Of a stretch of DNA of 64,000 nt, positions 1-12,673 are shown one piece after another. Location: contig JALMLS010000103.1 of the NCBI GenBank assembly GCA_038496445.1, positions 124,001 to 188,000 on the forward strand, in the 5' to 3' direction. Below the pieces are notes generated by a model. It made no database searches and was not told the DNA's origin. It was given only the letters and a program-made list of their open reading frames with translations. Position numbers and translations under genes: made by a program. The stretch comes from Trichosphaerium sp. ATCC 40318. Taxonomy: Eukaryota; Protista; Tubulinea. Within the stretch, counting starts at the first letter, position 1. Each line of letters opens with the position of its first letter.

Positions 1-142
1 CGCTTACTTTAACTAGAGGCTCCGAGAGCGTTGTAGTGCCTTTGTGTTTGTCCAGATCGCTTTTATCTCCGGTTGGCGTTGCTTGTACGACAACAGAGCT
101 AGTTTCTTTGTCCTTATTCCAAAAACTACGTATCCACTCCAT
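1..142 (-). CDS. First exon of a gene running off the left edge (MEWIRSFWNKDKETSS...), product unknown
   Basis: ATG at 142, open for 45 codons, ends at a GTAAGC donor at position 7. Confidence 0.5.
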   Translation of the reverse strand, partial: MEWIRSFWNKDKETSSVVVQATPTGDKSDLDKHKGTTTLSEPLVKVS

Positions 143-511
143 TGCTGTTATATTTAACTGATTTCACGGTGTATGGTTTAGCCTAAAACGATGAAAGGTT
201 TTGACTATTATTTCCAGACGTTACTTCTGCAATTATACCTGAACTTATGCCTGAACTTGAGAAGCTAAGGAATCACACGTTTGCACTTATAATTTAACCT
301 TTCTTGTAGAGCACTAACGTTAGAACTAAATGCTATTTATGGAACATTTGCCACGTGTTATAGACTATTTGACAAGGAGCATGCCACATCATGGCTTCGT
401 TTGGAGTGCGTAGAGGTGCAATGGTGTTTATTATGACAAATTTCTTTGGAACACGTGACATATAAGTGTTATCAATTAAGTCAATTTTCTATCGTTAACT
501 TCAGTGACAAC

Positions 512-3500
512 ATGTATCGCTTTGGTTTGCTTTTAATTATCGCTTGTTTCATTTTTACAACGAGAGGTACGCTACGAACTTGACAAACGGTTATTGTATT
601 TATAATACAGTTAATACGATACAGGAATACCAGTAGAAAGTAGGGCTAACAGTACAGCTGAGAGTTACATCGTTACTTTCAAAGACAATGTCAAAAAAAT
701 CCAAAGCACGTGATTGTTTGCGGCACCCTTTGTTTGAACTAATTGAGTGTAAAAGGAAATGAAATAATGGAAAACCTTGCCGAAAGTATTAGGTGGAGGT
801 ATACGAAGGTATTCCAAGGGTTTGCTGCATCACTAGACGAAAGGTAGAAAACCAATCCCACTTTTCGTTCTTAAATGTTTGGGTTAGCCAAGTCCAAATG
901 TTGTCAAAAAATAGTGCTATCGAGTCCTTAGAAAGAGATGGTTTTGTTAAAGCTATGGGCATAGATGGTTGTGTTGACTATCCGAATGCTGGTGACAATT
1001 CTTGGGGTACGACTTTTAATGTCATGTTGTGGTTTGATTTTTGGAGTTTATTGTATTTCAAGGACTTGGAAGGGTGTCTTCCCTCTCTTGCGATGATAAA
1101 TCACCGCGTTTAACAATACCAGATGCCGAGGGAGAAGGTGTTATAGCTTACGTATTTGACACGTGCGTGCAAAGCTAAAACAATAAGCGGTTTTTTAGAG
1201 CTTTTTTCTGACTTTTAGTTCAGTGGTATCAGAGCAACACACAACGATTTTACTGGGCGTGTAGAATTTCCATACAGACCTTCTGTCAATTGTTACACAG
1301 CATTCAACGATGAACATGTTTGTGTTAGTATTTCGAAGGATTTTTTTAATAGAATGAAAAACGAGTTTAAACTAAAAGTGCTTTATTGTAGGGTGATTGC
1401 AATGGTCATGGTACTTTCATGGCAAGTGTAATAGGTGGAAAAGATTACGGAATTGCCAAAAAAGCAACTTTGGTATCAGTTAGAGTACGAGAGATTGACT
1501 ATAGCTATTTTATCTTTGAAGATTTACGTCCTCTTTTGCCTTAGGTGTTGTCATGCTTTGGCTCTGGCTCTACTAGCAATATTATTGCTGGTATAGAGTG
1601 GGTAGAAGATCATTGTAAAAATAGCGGAAAGAAGTGTGTAATTGGGTAACGTTGCATAAAAAATAATTCGCTCGTGTTGTTAACCCTTGTATTGTAGTAT
1701 GGCGATTGGAGGTAGTGCCAACACTGCCATTGATAATGCTGTAAATCATGCTAGATCTAGGGGCATATTCGTGAGTGTTGCCTCTGGAAACAGTGGATCT
1801 GATGCTTGCGACTGTGCGTTTTCTGCCGCTTGTAGTTTTTAGTTGTATTGACTATCTTTGTAGTTTCGCCTGCAAGAGCAGAAGGTGCTTTCACCGTCAG
1901 CAGTATTGACATTGTACGTTAACACAATTAATTATAATGTTAAGTTCATACAGAAAGGATGTAACGCTCTTTGTAGAACGATGAACGTGTTGCAAGCTAT
2001 GGAAAGTGTATAAACATTTTTGCACCTGGACGTATGATCACAGCTGCTTGGTTTGGAAGTGATGATGAAGTTACGACTATATCTGGTACTTCAGCTGCTG
2101 CAGCACATGCATCAGGTATGATTATTTTTAAAATCACGTGATTTCGATTGGTAACATGCGATTCTAAACCGTGTTGTTTGTTTAGGAGTTGCAGCTGCTT
2201 CATGGGGAAACGAGTTATCTTGGGATGTTGAAAAACTTGTTGATCATCTAAACAATGTGGCTCTTAACTCCTTAGGTGTAACTCGAAAAAAAGTTAGGTG
2301 TAACAAAATATTACTGACCCATTTTTGGGATTGAGTGTAATCAGAAATGTGCCAAAACAGTATCGTACGTACTAAGTATACTTAGCATGTATATATGTAA
2401 TTATGACTTAGTATTGAAACAACTGTACTATCAAAAAGTCTTAACACTAAAAGTGGCAAAACGGCTTTTTTAAGATGAAATCAACCTTTCATAGCCAGTG
2501 ATTCCCTATTATGCACTTAAGCAGTTTTGACATTCCTAATCTATTTAAATACAATATTTACGAACGTTGAAGCGTATAAGAATTTTATATATACTCTGTG
2601 AACGTTCACAGTTGCACAGAAAAGCTGGCTAAAAATACATTTGTCAATTTTTCAAAATTTGAACTTCTCACTGGCTTGGATCTCTATCATCTATATTGTT
2701 CTTTTGTGTTTTACTTACCTTAAAAACATTTGTTCTTGTACTATTCGAACTTTTACTATTCTACAGAGCCTCTAAGCAAAGTTATTTTGGTGGATTTTTT
2801 TTTTTTAACATTCGTAAATTAACCATTTTGCTCTAAAAATGTACCCATGACCTACAGTTGTACCTTTTTATTGGCTCTAATGGTATATTTTAGCAAAAAC
2901 GTGAAAGGTGCATATTTTAGATGGTTCCTAGTCACAGAATTTTGAAACCTTTGCACTTTGGATTTTTTTTTCAAACCAAACTCGGCACAAAATTCTGGCT
3001 ATTCATCTCTGCCTAGGCTGTTACATTAAGTGCTACTACCTTCCTCAAGCAAAGTTTGATATGTCACACAGTTTAGCGGTAAATATGTGAACTGCCATTC
3101 CACAATTTCAATGAAACGTATCTTGATTGCACGCCAGAACCTATTTCATCGCTTTTTATACACCAAACTAAGCTTTATTTGGCGCATTCAAGGTAACGCA
3201 ATCTTTGTTTTAAACTTTAAGGCGTTTTGTGTCTGTTTCTGACATTTTATGGTTTTATGGCTGTTTAAGCGTAGGATAATACGTCAATAGTAATACAAGG
3301 AGTGTACTCCTATCTTCTGAGTGTTCTCTTTTTCTAAGGCTTCTTTTCGCATATAAATACCTATTTCTGTCTATTTAGGTACATTACGGGCTGTTGGCAC
3401 GCTTTATATTTGATATTGTGATTTTTTGTTACACCTAACTTTTTTTCGATTTACACTTAAGGAGCTTAAGGGTTGTGTAAAGAATCCTGGTCCAGAATCG

Positions 3501-3539
3501 CCTAATTCATTGCTCACCCTTGTTTGTGAACAACGCTAA
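512..3539 (+). CDS. Secreted subtilisin-like (S8A, proteinase K-type) serine protease, multi-exon; last exon interrupted by a TIR element
   Basis: Signal peptide MYRFGLLLIIACFIF; I9 propeptide (SYIVTFK...YTKVFQGFAASL); catalytic motifs AYVFDTGI, GDCNGHGT and TISGTSAAAAH; oxyanion ASGN. The C-terminus VALKGCVKNPGPESPNSLL is restored on removing 2268-3464 plus one TSD copy. Confidence 0.9.
2268..3464. mobile_element. Non-autonomous DNA transposon (MITE-like, 1197 bp), ~40-bp TIRs, 5-bp TSD CTTAA
   Basis: Left end CTCCTTAGGTGTAACTCGAAAAAAAGTTAGGTGTAACAAAA; right end is its reverse complement with 2 mismatches; CTTAA at 2263-2267 and 3465-3469; no internal ORF in the track. Confidence 0.9.
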
Positions 3540-4210
3540 CATTGGCATTGTTCCATATACGTAACAGAAGCGAAAATCACGAGCTTTTAATAAAGTTTTA
3601 GCTTCTTTTTAAACGGAGTATCACGCCTTTATAAGAAACTTGAACACCTGTATAAGATAGTTTACGGCAGTAAGTGCTATGACTTAATCACTTGAAATGA
3701 ATATCAAAGTAGATTGTTTTATACCTTGAAGTTTTTCTTTTTCACACCTTTCATCGCTCAATCTCGGTTGAATGATGAGGCTTCTCCCTTAAATACAGGC
3801 TGATGCCCTCCTAACTTTAACAGTTAGGGGTCTCACAGAAGCCCTAGACAATTAAACAAAACATTCATTCATTCATTGGGCTGTAATACAAGGCAAATGA
3901 TGTAAGGTACTACTGTAGGATGAAATTCACAATTCCTGTTAATGCGCACTGTTTATTGTTACCTAACTTGTCATGAGTGGTGAACAAAACATGGTAGAAT
4001 TACTTTTGCGATTTCTTTGACTTTTTAGAAGTCCTAGCTAATTTATCTGCCAAAAACTAAGATACCACTATTGGCCACGGTGGGAAAATTTCTGATGAAC
4101 TTTGAATAATATTCAGAGAACTGTTTGCTTCCATTTAGTGCTCCTGGCCAATAAGAACGCAGCTTAATTCAACTCTCGTTTCTTGTTTTTGCTAAGCAAA
4201 CAAACAAGCT

Positions 4211-5471
4211 ATGATAAAGTATCTTAACAAACTAGTTACGATAGCAACCAACCTTGTGGTGCCAACCGAGCAACAATGTCCTCAGAAGCTTACATTACTT
4301 GACGATGTACCACCGGAGATGTTGACGCATGTTTTAAGGTATTTAAACAGAAAACAGCGTATCAAATCAACCACAGTTTGTCACGTGTTTAATGACATTA
4401 TTCGTCATAATGTTGGCTTTGATACTATCACAATCAAAGAATCATCCAAGTGTCGCCTTCTCAAAGCTAGTCCATTGCTACAAAACACCAAAATCTTGCT
4501 ACAAAGCAATTTCTCGAATTTATTAATAGACCGTCTAAAGCTGTCATCAACAGAGCTGGGGTATCTTCGAGGCGTTCACACCATACATATGAATCACGCG
4601 CTATTCAACGATGAAGATATTCTGGGACTTCTTGAAGGAGGACGCCACAGTATCCATAATATCAGTGTAGCATACACAGATATAACAGATGCTACATTGA
4701 AAGCGCTCAAGTCTGTCCATACAATCAATATCTGTGGCTGTAGTGATATTACTGTTGAAGGGATAAAAGCACTCAAAGATGTTCATGATATTACACTTGA
4801 TTTTCCCAAACCTGAATGGTATGAACACCTTGGTAACATACATACTACTCGTATAGAGTGGGACATGTTTGGTACAAAGTCAGTTCTTGAAGAGGATCTG
4901 GTCAAATCATTGATCAATACCAAACATTTGGCTTTACATTATGCAAATAGGAGCAGATGCCATTCTTATTCATTTAACCAAGCTTGAACGTCTTGACCTA
5001 TATTCAAATTATAAAGTTTCAGACTCAACTTTGAAGCATTTAGTAAATCTCAAGCAACTCACTCTTGATGAGTGTGACTCTATCACAGGTTCATGTTTTG
5101 AGCATTTGGTCAACCTTAGATGTGTGACACTTTGTGCATGTCGGCGTTTTCAAAGCAGTAGTTTACAGCACCTCATTAGTGTCGATCATCTCTTCCTTGA
5201 TAAGATGCACAATATTGACGTTCAATACTTGAGTCATTTGAAGCGCCTCACTTTAACAAGATGCATACAGCCAAAAGAATCAGGTGTGAAGTATTTGATT
5301 AACCTTGAGTACCTGAACATTCGTTATTGTTCTGTTTTTGAAACTAGAGACTTGAAGCATTTGACATCTCTCCAATTCTTAGAGGTTAGTTCCAAGCAAG
5401 CTCAAGAGTATAAGAAACAGTTTGATAAACTGGATGTTGTTTTACTCGTACGTAAAAGATATGAAGCGTAA
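4211..5471 (+). pseudogene. Intronless F-box/LRR gene split by one frameshift near 4940 (pseudogene or assembly indel)
   Basis: F-box-like LLDDVPPEMLTHVLRYL...VCHVFNDII followed by LRRs; ORFs 4211-4987 and 4941-5471 overlap in different frames while the LRR register continues. Confidence 0.75.
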
Positions 5472-6018
5472 TTGATTTCATAAAAAAGTTTCAACGCTGT
5501 TACAATAAATTATTGTCACTTTTTCTACTTTCTATCCTTTTTGTGTTTTGACACTTCTGTTTGCTGGATACACTTTTTGGTTTCAAAATATATGCGTCAT
5601 TGGTATACATAGATGCTAGCTAAGGTTGACAGTCGGTTGCACCACATTCTTTGTCATGTGTATATGACAAGGACACAAGCTTTAAGGACTGTAACGTCTG
5701 AAGGAATTCCAATACGTGCAACGTCTCAATCTACTACCATAGTTTGCTATCTCTGGCCCTAGCAATGAGAAATGCCTCAATGTCATTGATAGCCATAGTC
5801 ATTTCACTGTTACATTGTAGTCACCAGCAAATATACCTTGGAGCTCATCTTGAACTTCCTAATAGCAAGTTCGAAAAAAAAGTAAGTGAGAGCTTCATTA
5901 ATCACTACAATTTTTTGCGCACATGGACGTGCATTCCGTATTGCTTACAAAGTACGAGTTACAACCTAAACTGATGTTTTATTTTTGTTACATAAGAGTG
6001 TATATTCTCTTTGTTATT

Positions 6019-7088
6019 TTAATTTTTCCCTTTCTTTTTTTGCCTTGTTTTGCTTCTTGTTGTCACATTAGGCTTATTTCTTACCACACAAGGGTTCTCA
6101 AGAGAAGGAAGATCAATCACAGTATTACTTGGCTTGATTGCAAAACCTACAACAGTACCAAAAGCTTTTTGAGCTTTGTACTCTTTGTTCTCTCCTGGGA
6201 CATATAATGGAGAGTTCCCTGCTTGTGGCTCTTTCTCCTTTGTCGGTGTCGTTTTTTGACGTTTCGACGGCGTATCACGTGGTTCTACTGCTGTAGCGAC
6301 TACTGTATCAAGTTTACGCTTCTTTGAGGGAGTAGGAGTCGGTGGATCAGGTGTTGGATCAGGAGAAGTTGTTTTAGGCTCTTGTGTAGAGATGTTTTGA
6401 TTATTGTTGTGCGTTAAAAGATTTTCGAGTTTATCATCGTATTCTGTCTTTAAACGGACAAGAGTGTTACGTAATTTACGAATTTGAGCCTAATTATATG
6501 TCAGTGGGGTAATCTCGACGGATTTCTTGTTAATGTATCTGATTTTCAAACCGAAAACAAAAACAAAAAAAAAAAAAGTTTGTGGATTTACCCACGTGCC
6601 TTTTGTTTATCAACTGTTTGTTGTCTTTTACGTAATTCGATGATGAGTTGGGTTCTCTCTTCATCTATAACGTCCGTATGACCTTTATTAACATCTAACT
6701 GGTTACGGAGCTTTGTAACCTCTCTCTTATGAACTCTTGAACGCCCGTCAGCGTAAGCATCAATCTTTTTTTTCTCTAAAAACAAAAACAATATTAATAC
6801 GTCACCGGCTGTCTTTGAGTTATAATACTCGATAGTTTAATATTAAGGTACCTAAAGATACTACAAGGTTATATACATACTCTTCAATCTCAAGTTCTTG
6901 TCCTGTGACTGGATCGATAATTACAATTATGTTCTTGCTCTTTTAAAAAATATCACGTGGTAAGTACAACGTTACATTTAGGGTTTAAAACTTTTTATGT
7001 TTATTTTTTTTTGTAATTCTGCTGGAAGAAGGAAAGAGATGAATTAAAGATTAAGAGCATTAGCTATATTTAATTAACAACGTACCAT
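6019..7088 (-). CDS. Hypothetical coiled-coil, NLS-containing protein (4 exons); paralog of 53798-55100
   Basis: ATG|GTACGT first exon; MSKNIIVIIDPVTGQELEIEEYVYNLVVSL; coiled coil; P/T-rich linker with KKRK; GNSPLYVPG; GC-AG intron 6490-6599. Confidence 0.7.
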
Positions 7089-8164
7089 TTTAACAGGTTA
7101 GCTGTTGCGTGTTTCGCAAAAGAAAATGTTATACAATTTTGATGTGAAACGCCGGGTGATTCAGGTGTGAACTGCATTGACTACAACTCGAGATATTAGC
7201 TCTAACACATGCTTCACCGATTAAACTCATGCCTAATAGTAGCTTTGGGGGTACTAGATCGTTCGAAAAGCGCTCTGGAACAAAAAAACTTTCTCGTCGT
7301 TTACATATCACGTTGAAGTGCTCGTCAGTACTTTATGGCGTTGTTGTTTCGTTTACGGTATTGAACTTGGAAACACCTACTTTTTAGAATAAGAAAGATG
7401 TGCGCATTCGATTACCACGCCAAAGAAGCCTCGAGATGCAGTTCTCTTTGAGCCCACGTGTTAAATTATTGATAATAGTAAAAATGAGTTTAAAGCCAAC
7501 TGTGTCAATATTATGTACTGCAGCTGAGCCACATTTCAGGCGCTTTTAACCAACATACTTGGACAAACAATGCTATCTACGATATCAAGCAGGCAACGAA
7601 GTGCAACCTGAGCTGATAGATGTGACATGTTAAATAAACCACACGCTCTGTCAGGGACAGTTCATTAATACTGTCTTCATGATTTAATGGTTCTTTGGAC
7701 TGGTCTAATGAACAACGAGCCTCAAAAAATAAATCTTGTTGTTATTTTACTGCCAACGGATTACATGATTAGATGCAATATATTTTTGGAATTGAGAACA
7801 AAAGAATACTTCGTTTATCTCATTCACCGATAGGTGCGCCTCCGATATTTGGTGTGTTTGTTCTACCAGGTAGATAAGTTCATGCAAGAGATTGTATTGT
7901 GGTGAGCAGCACTACCGCCTACAATTCAGATAAGTATCTCCTTTGGCATCTGGTTTGGTCCACTTAGTAGTATTAGGTATGTGGTATGTGTTAACCCTGA
8001 TGTCCAGCGTATCCGCTGGTAGAGATTTTATGCTATTACTCACAATTTTTTACTAAATCATTAGTGCTGTGGATGCAAAAGATAAAGTTCTTAGAATTCA
8101 AATATTTAGGAGCGCGTTTTTAAAAAACAATATTTTTATTGACCTCAGAACATGAACGTACAAA

Positions 8165-9073
8165 TTAAAGTTGAACTGTGTACAACACTTTCGTACCCTT
8201 TACATAGTAACATGCATCACACAAGGTACCATCATCATGCCAAGACTTGTGCTCTCCTTCAAGCAAACCTTTAACATAGTAGCACTTCTGTATTAATTGA
8301 CGATTTTGTCCCCATGTCTTATGCTCTCCTTCCAGGCTACCTTTAACAAAAAAACACTGTTCCCGTGGTACACCATTGCTATACCACTTCTTTCTCTCTC
8401 CAACTTGCATGTCGTTTAGAAAAGTACCTTCCTCAATCATCCTACCTTCTTCATGCCAACACTGGTACTTTCCTTCTTGCTTGCCATTGACATAAAACTC
8501 TTTCCTACATAACTGCCCATTAGCATGCCATAGAGTATATTCTCCTAGTCGTTTTCCTCCGGTATAATGACATTGGGAAACCAACTGACCTCCCTCGTTC
8601 CATTTCTTATGATACCCTTCTTTGATGCCATTAACATAGTTTACTTCTTCACATAACTGTTGGTTGTTCCACCAACTCTTGTATTCTCCATGAAGAACAT
8701 CATTGACGTAATGACACTTATCCATTAATTGACCATCATAACTCCAAATAGTAAATTCTCCATGTCTCTTACCGTTAATGTAGTAATCTTTTTTCCACAC
8801 CTGATCATTATTCCACCACACTTTTTGCTCACCGTGAAGTTGACCATGTTTCCAGGACTCTTCTACTGACTTTAGAATGGTACCATTTATTATTCTTGCT
8901 TTAATCCATTTCTGATGTTTTTGTAGTTCGTTGTCAAACCTCACTGCTGTAGCAGTTTTTTTCGATAGTAGCGGCCATTTTAAATACACTTCAAGGTCCA
9001 AATCAGTAATTTCGAGCTGTATCTCTACAGGTAGGTAAGAAATGAGGGAACAATTTTGTTCGTCTGTGTTCAT
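8165..9073 (-). CDS. Intronless MORN-variant repeat protein with F-box-like N-terminus
   Basis: 302-aa ORF; ISYLPVEIQLEI, then ~24-aa repeats of the form G-x-x-x-G-E-Y-K-x-W-x-x-x-G-Q-L-x-x-x-x-x-Y-V-x. Confidence 0.85.
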   Translation of the reverse strand: MNTDEQNCSLISYLPVEIQLEITDLDLEVYLKWPLLSKKTATAVRFDNELQKHQKWIKARIINGTILKSVEESWKHGQLHGEQKVWWNNDQVWKKDYYINGKRHGEFTIWSYDGQLMDKCHYVNDVLHGEYKSWWNNQQLCEEVNYVNGIKEGYHKKWNEGGQLVSQCHYTGGKRLGEYTLWHANGQLCRKEFYVNGKQEGKYQCWHEEGRMIEEGTFLNDMQVGERKKWYSNGVPREQCFFVKGSLEGEHKTWGQNRQLIQKCYYVKGLLEGEHKSWHDDGTLCDACYYVKGTKVLYTVQL

Positions 9074-10437
9074 CTGGTTCTATGGCCTACAACTTCAAAT
9101 GAATTCCTTAATCGTTTTAACAGTTTCTTACACAGATAAGAGAAGTTGTGATCAACGTAATACGCTCAAATACAAACCCCAGTTTGTCCGAGAAAAGTCA
9201 ACGCAAGTGTCGAAATGGAAAAATCAATGTGTAAAGATTGTATTGGCAATTGCTGACGTTTTCGCTCTTTTTTTAAATCATGTGCTTGTATGGCACAGAA
9301 AATAAGCGTACAGCAATATTTCTTCGTTATGTTATTGGTAGCAAACTTTATTTCGCAATATAAAAGTGTCTATCACGTGATGACCGACATTTCTGCACGT
9401 GTACTTCGGTTTACTTATGTAGCCATCAGAATGGACAAAGAGAGCTTTAGAACACTTTTTCAAGCATAAAAATACTACAGCAACACGACACAACAACTTA
9501 ACGCCAATTGTGTAAGGAAGTGGTCTTGACCGCCTTTTGGCGTAGCAGTAAGCTAGACTTCCTAATAATTGAAAGTACGCTACAGTTCACGTGATGCGTA
9601 TTTAACTTAACATTGAGATTTATTTCCTTGGAGTACATCACGATATAATTGCAACAAAAACGATTTATTCACCGCTACCCTTCTTGAGTGGTAACAGTGC
9701 ATGTTGTACTGTATTAAGTTGCAAAATATGGCCTTATCAATACTACATTTGTCAGTACCAATTCACAAGTGTAAAACTAACTCAAACTATCTTGCAACAA
9801 CTGTTCTTTATGTATGTACCTCTGATCAAGGAAAATTACAGCGTCAAAACCAAGTATTATACTGATAAGGAACATTGTGTACGTTAGTACTTTACTACAA
9901 ATAAATGCTAAGTAAGAGTACCACCTTTTTCGAAAAGAAATCTTAGTTCCAAGTATATTTTGTTCAACCTTTACATCCACTTATAAAGTGGCTGTTCATT
10001 TGAATTGGAAATAATATTAATATAAAAGCTGGTTGTTGAATCATTGCAAAAAAGTCATTGATAGCATGGTTGTCTAACTTTTAGTTGGATTTGACCTGAA
10101 ATATGGCTATTTTTATTTAAAGGTTAAAAGCCACTCCCGATTAGCACGCACGTGACTTTCTGTTCTTATGCTCAAACCTCTCCGAAAAATCAGGCTTAGC
10201 GTTAACACAAAAAGCGTTATTTCAGGTCAAATCCTGTGACATCTTATGTACAAGTATAGCGCTAATCAATGTTTATTAATAAGTGTTCTCTGAATGTACC
10301 TAAATAAAAATAGTTTTCTATCAATTTCTTCAAATGGTCGCTTATCTTTACTTTACACGACTTCTTACACGACTCTTTGACCCTTGTTACATTTCATTAC
10401 AACATCTCTTACAACTTATTTGCTACATTGTAACGAA

Positions 10438-11580
10438 ATGGAAGGAGAATACGCAAAAAAGACAAGCAAAGCAGCTTTCAACCTTATTACGCTCCCTATT
10501 GAAATGATAGTTCATGTTCTTAAACAAGGGGCTTTTGCGCTTCGCTCGGCGCAAACATGCCGCGCACTGCGTGATATTGTCCATAACCACATTGGATATA
10601 ATAAAATAGCGATTCAACACGAAGAAGAAGTGAAAATGCTGTCTGGTAGTCCGTTACTACAAAATACAAAGCTTTCGTTTTTTAAGGGCAGTATAGCACG
10701 TATGTCACTTAAAACTAGAATTAAGTATGGTCGTAGTTGTAAGTTTGATATAACAGATAGACACTTGCATTTACTCGCAGGTGTACATACTATCAGTTTC
10801 TACAAGTGCAATTTGACAGATGATGGTATTAAGTCATTGGCAGGTGTGCACACAATCTGCCTGGCTGGGTGTAAATCAATAACAGATGAGGGCATCAAGG
10901 CATTGGCGGGTGTGCATGACATTGATTTATCATTTACAAGTGTAACAGATGAGGGCATCAAGGCTTTGGCAGGTGTGCATACAATCAAGTTGCGTGGAGT
11001 TAAAACAATAACAAATGAGGGCATCAAGGCATTGGCAGGTGTTTATGACATTGATTTAGAATTTACAAGTGTAACAGATGAGGGCATCAAGGCTTTGGCA
11101 GGTGTGCACACGATCAATTTAGGATGCACAGGTGCTATAAATGAGGGTATTAAGGCATTGGCAGGTGTACATGAGATTGATTTATCAAATACAATAGTGA
11201 CAGATGAAGGATTGAAGGCATTGGCAGGTGTACACACAATCAACCTGAGTGAAGTTAACACAATAACAAATGAGGGTATCAAGACTTTGGCAGGTGTGTA
11301 TGACATTGATTTACAATTTACAAAAGTAACAGATGAGGGCATTAAGGCTTTGGCAGGCGTGCACACAATCAACCTGCGTGGATGTAAATCAATCACATAC
11401 GAGAGCATCAAAGCATTGTCAGGTGTACATACAATTAATTTATCAACTACAAATGTAACAGACAAATGTTTGAAGGCATTGTCACGTGCGCACACAATCA
11501 CCCTGAATAATTGTAAATATGTAACAGATGAGGGCATTAAGGCTTTACAAGGTAGAGTTTTCAGATCTAAGAAACACTAA
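10438..11580 (+). CDS. Intronless F-box/LRR protein with 21-22-aa LAGVH repeats
   Basis: FNLITLPIEMIVHVLK F-box-like start; about 13 repeats alternating LAGVHTINL..TDEGIKA and LAGVHDIDL. Confidence 0.9.
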   Translation: MEGEYAKKTSKAAFNLITLPIEMIVHVLKQGAFALRSAQTCRALRDIVHNHIGYNKIAIQHEEEVKMLSGSPLLQNTKLSFFKGSIARMSLKTRIKYGRSCKFDITDRHLHLLAGVHTISFYKCNLTDDGIKSLAGVHTICLAGCKSITDEGIKALAGVHDIDLSFTSVTDEGIKALAGVHTIKLRGVKTITNEGIKALAGVYDIDLEFTSVTDEGIKALAGVHTINLGCTGAINEGIKALAGVHEIDLSNTIVTDEGLKALAGVHTINLSEVNTITNEGIKTLAGVYDIDLQFTKVTDEGIKALAGVHTINLRGCKSITYESIKALSGVHTINLSTTNVTDKCLKALSRAHTITLNNCKYVTDEGIKALQGRVFRSKKH

Positions 11581-12673
11581 GGTTTCATTTTGATACACTT
11601 TCAATTGATGAAGAAGCTCAAAGTGAGAATGATAGTTTAAATAGTAATGAAAGTAAAGATAGGTTGACGAAAGGAAGTAACAATATTCTTGTATCATGTT
11701 TTAATTTGTAAAGAACCCTTATCTTTCTTTATATTTTGATTGTGTACAACAGAAACAATCACCAGATGCAACACAATACACAACTAGTCGGAATCTGAAG
11801 TACCTAACCTATGTCGAAAACCTATCAGTTAGTGGACCAGCGACAACGTAGTAGAATATATACAGGGTATATAACGTGGACAGTGTTTGGCCTAAATTGG
11901 TACAACCAAGTTCCCAAACACACTTGTTTGAGAACAGGAAGATGGGAGCGCAGCGGTGGTGGTGGGCAAGGTCGTCAAAGGTTTATTTGACAGAGATATA
12001 CGTGTACGAGGTGCACACAGAGAGTCAGAGGAATCAGACAGCTGGTCAAGAAGCTTCTTTTTCGCAGGAATAAAACTCTCAGTTTTCTTCTCCGACTAAG
12101 CACTCAAAACTTCGGATTTTACTATTTAATAGTAATAGATACTGCCCCTCAAGCTTCTTTTCAGTTTGTCTGATTTCTTTTTCTTATTAGAGATTTAATG
12201 TCTGACAATTCAAGTGTTTTAAACTTGTCCGTAGACCACTTTTGTGACATGGTGCAAATTCATGTTGCAAACGAGGTTTGAGTTGAAATACTGCTATGCT
12301 ACTGCTGGCTTTTAAGACCGCGTCAGCAAGCACGTGACTTTCTGCTCGTACGTCCATAAGAACACTTACGTGGATAAGATGTTGAGTCTCAAGTTACCTG
12401 TGTTCACAACCATCTCGAACATTAGATTTAGCAACAAACAATGTAAGACGAATACAACTCTACAAGATTTTGGGCTCTGTAAGGAAAACAAGTCTCCAAG
12501 AGTGTTTTATTAACCTACAACGTTTCTCTTTAAGAGCAACAGGTACTATACTTTTATGAGAATGATACTAAAGCGATTGCGTGTCAAAAGGCTTCGCTGA
12601 AAAAAGACATTAAAAGAAAACTCGCGGAAAATAAGCTCAACGGCATTAAGATTAAAAAGAGAATTAATACAAA

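Noticed and set aside
8165-11580. Endogenous giant-virus insertion
   Set aside because: No viral core genes or boundaries; virus-like genes are scattered among intron-rich host genes
11800-12250. Minus-strand ATG ORF (MSQKWSTDKF...)
   Set aside because: Stops after about 56 codons; no recognisable domain or clean splice rescue
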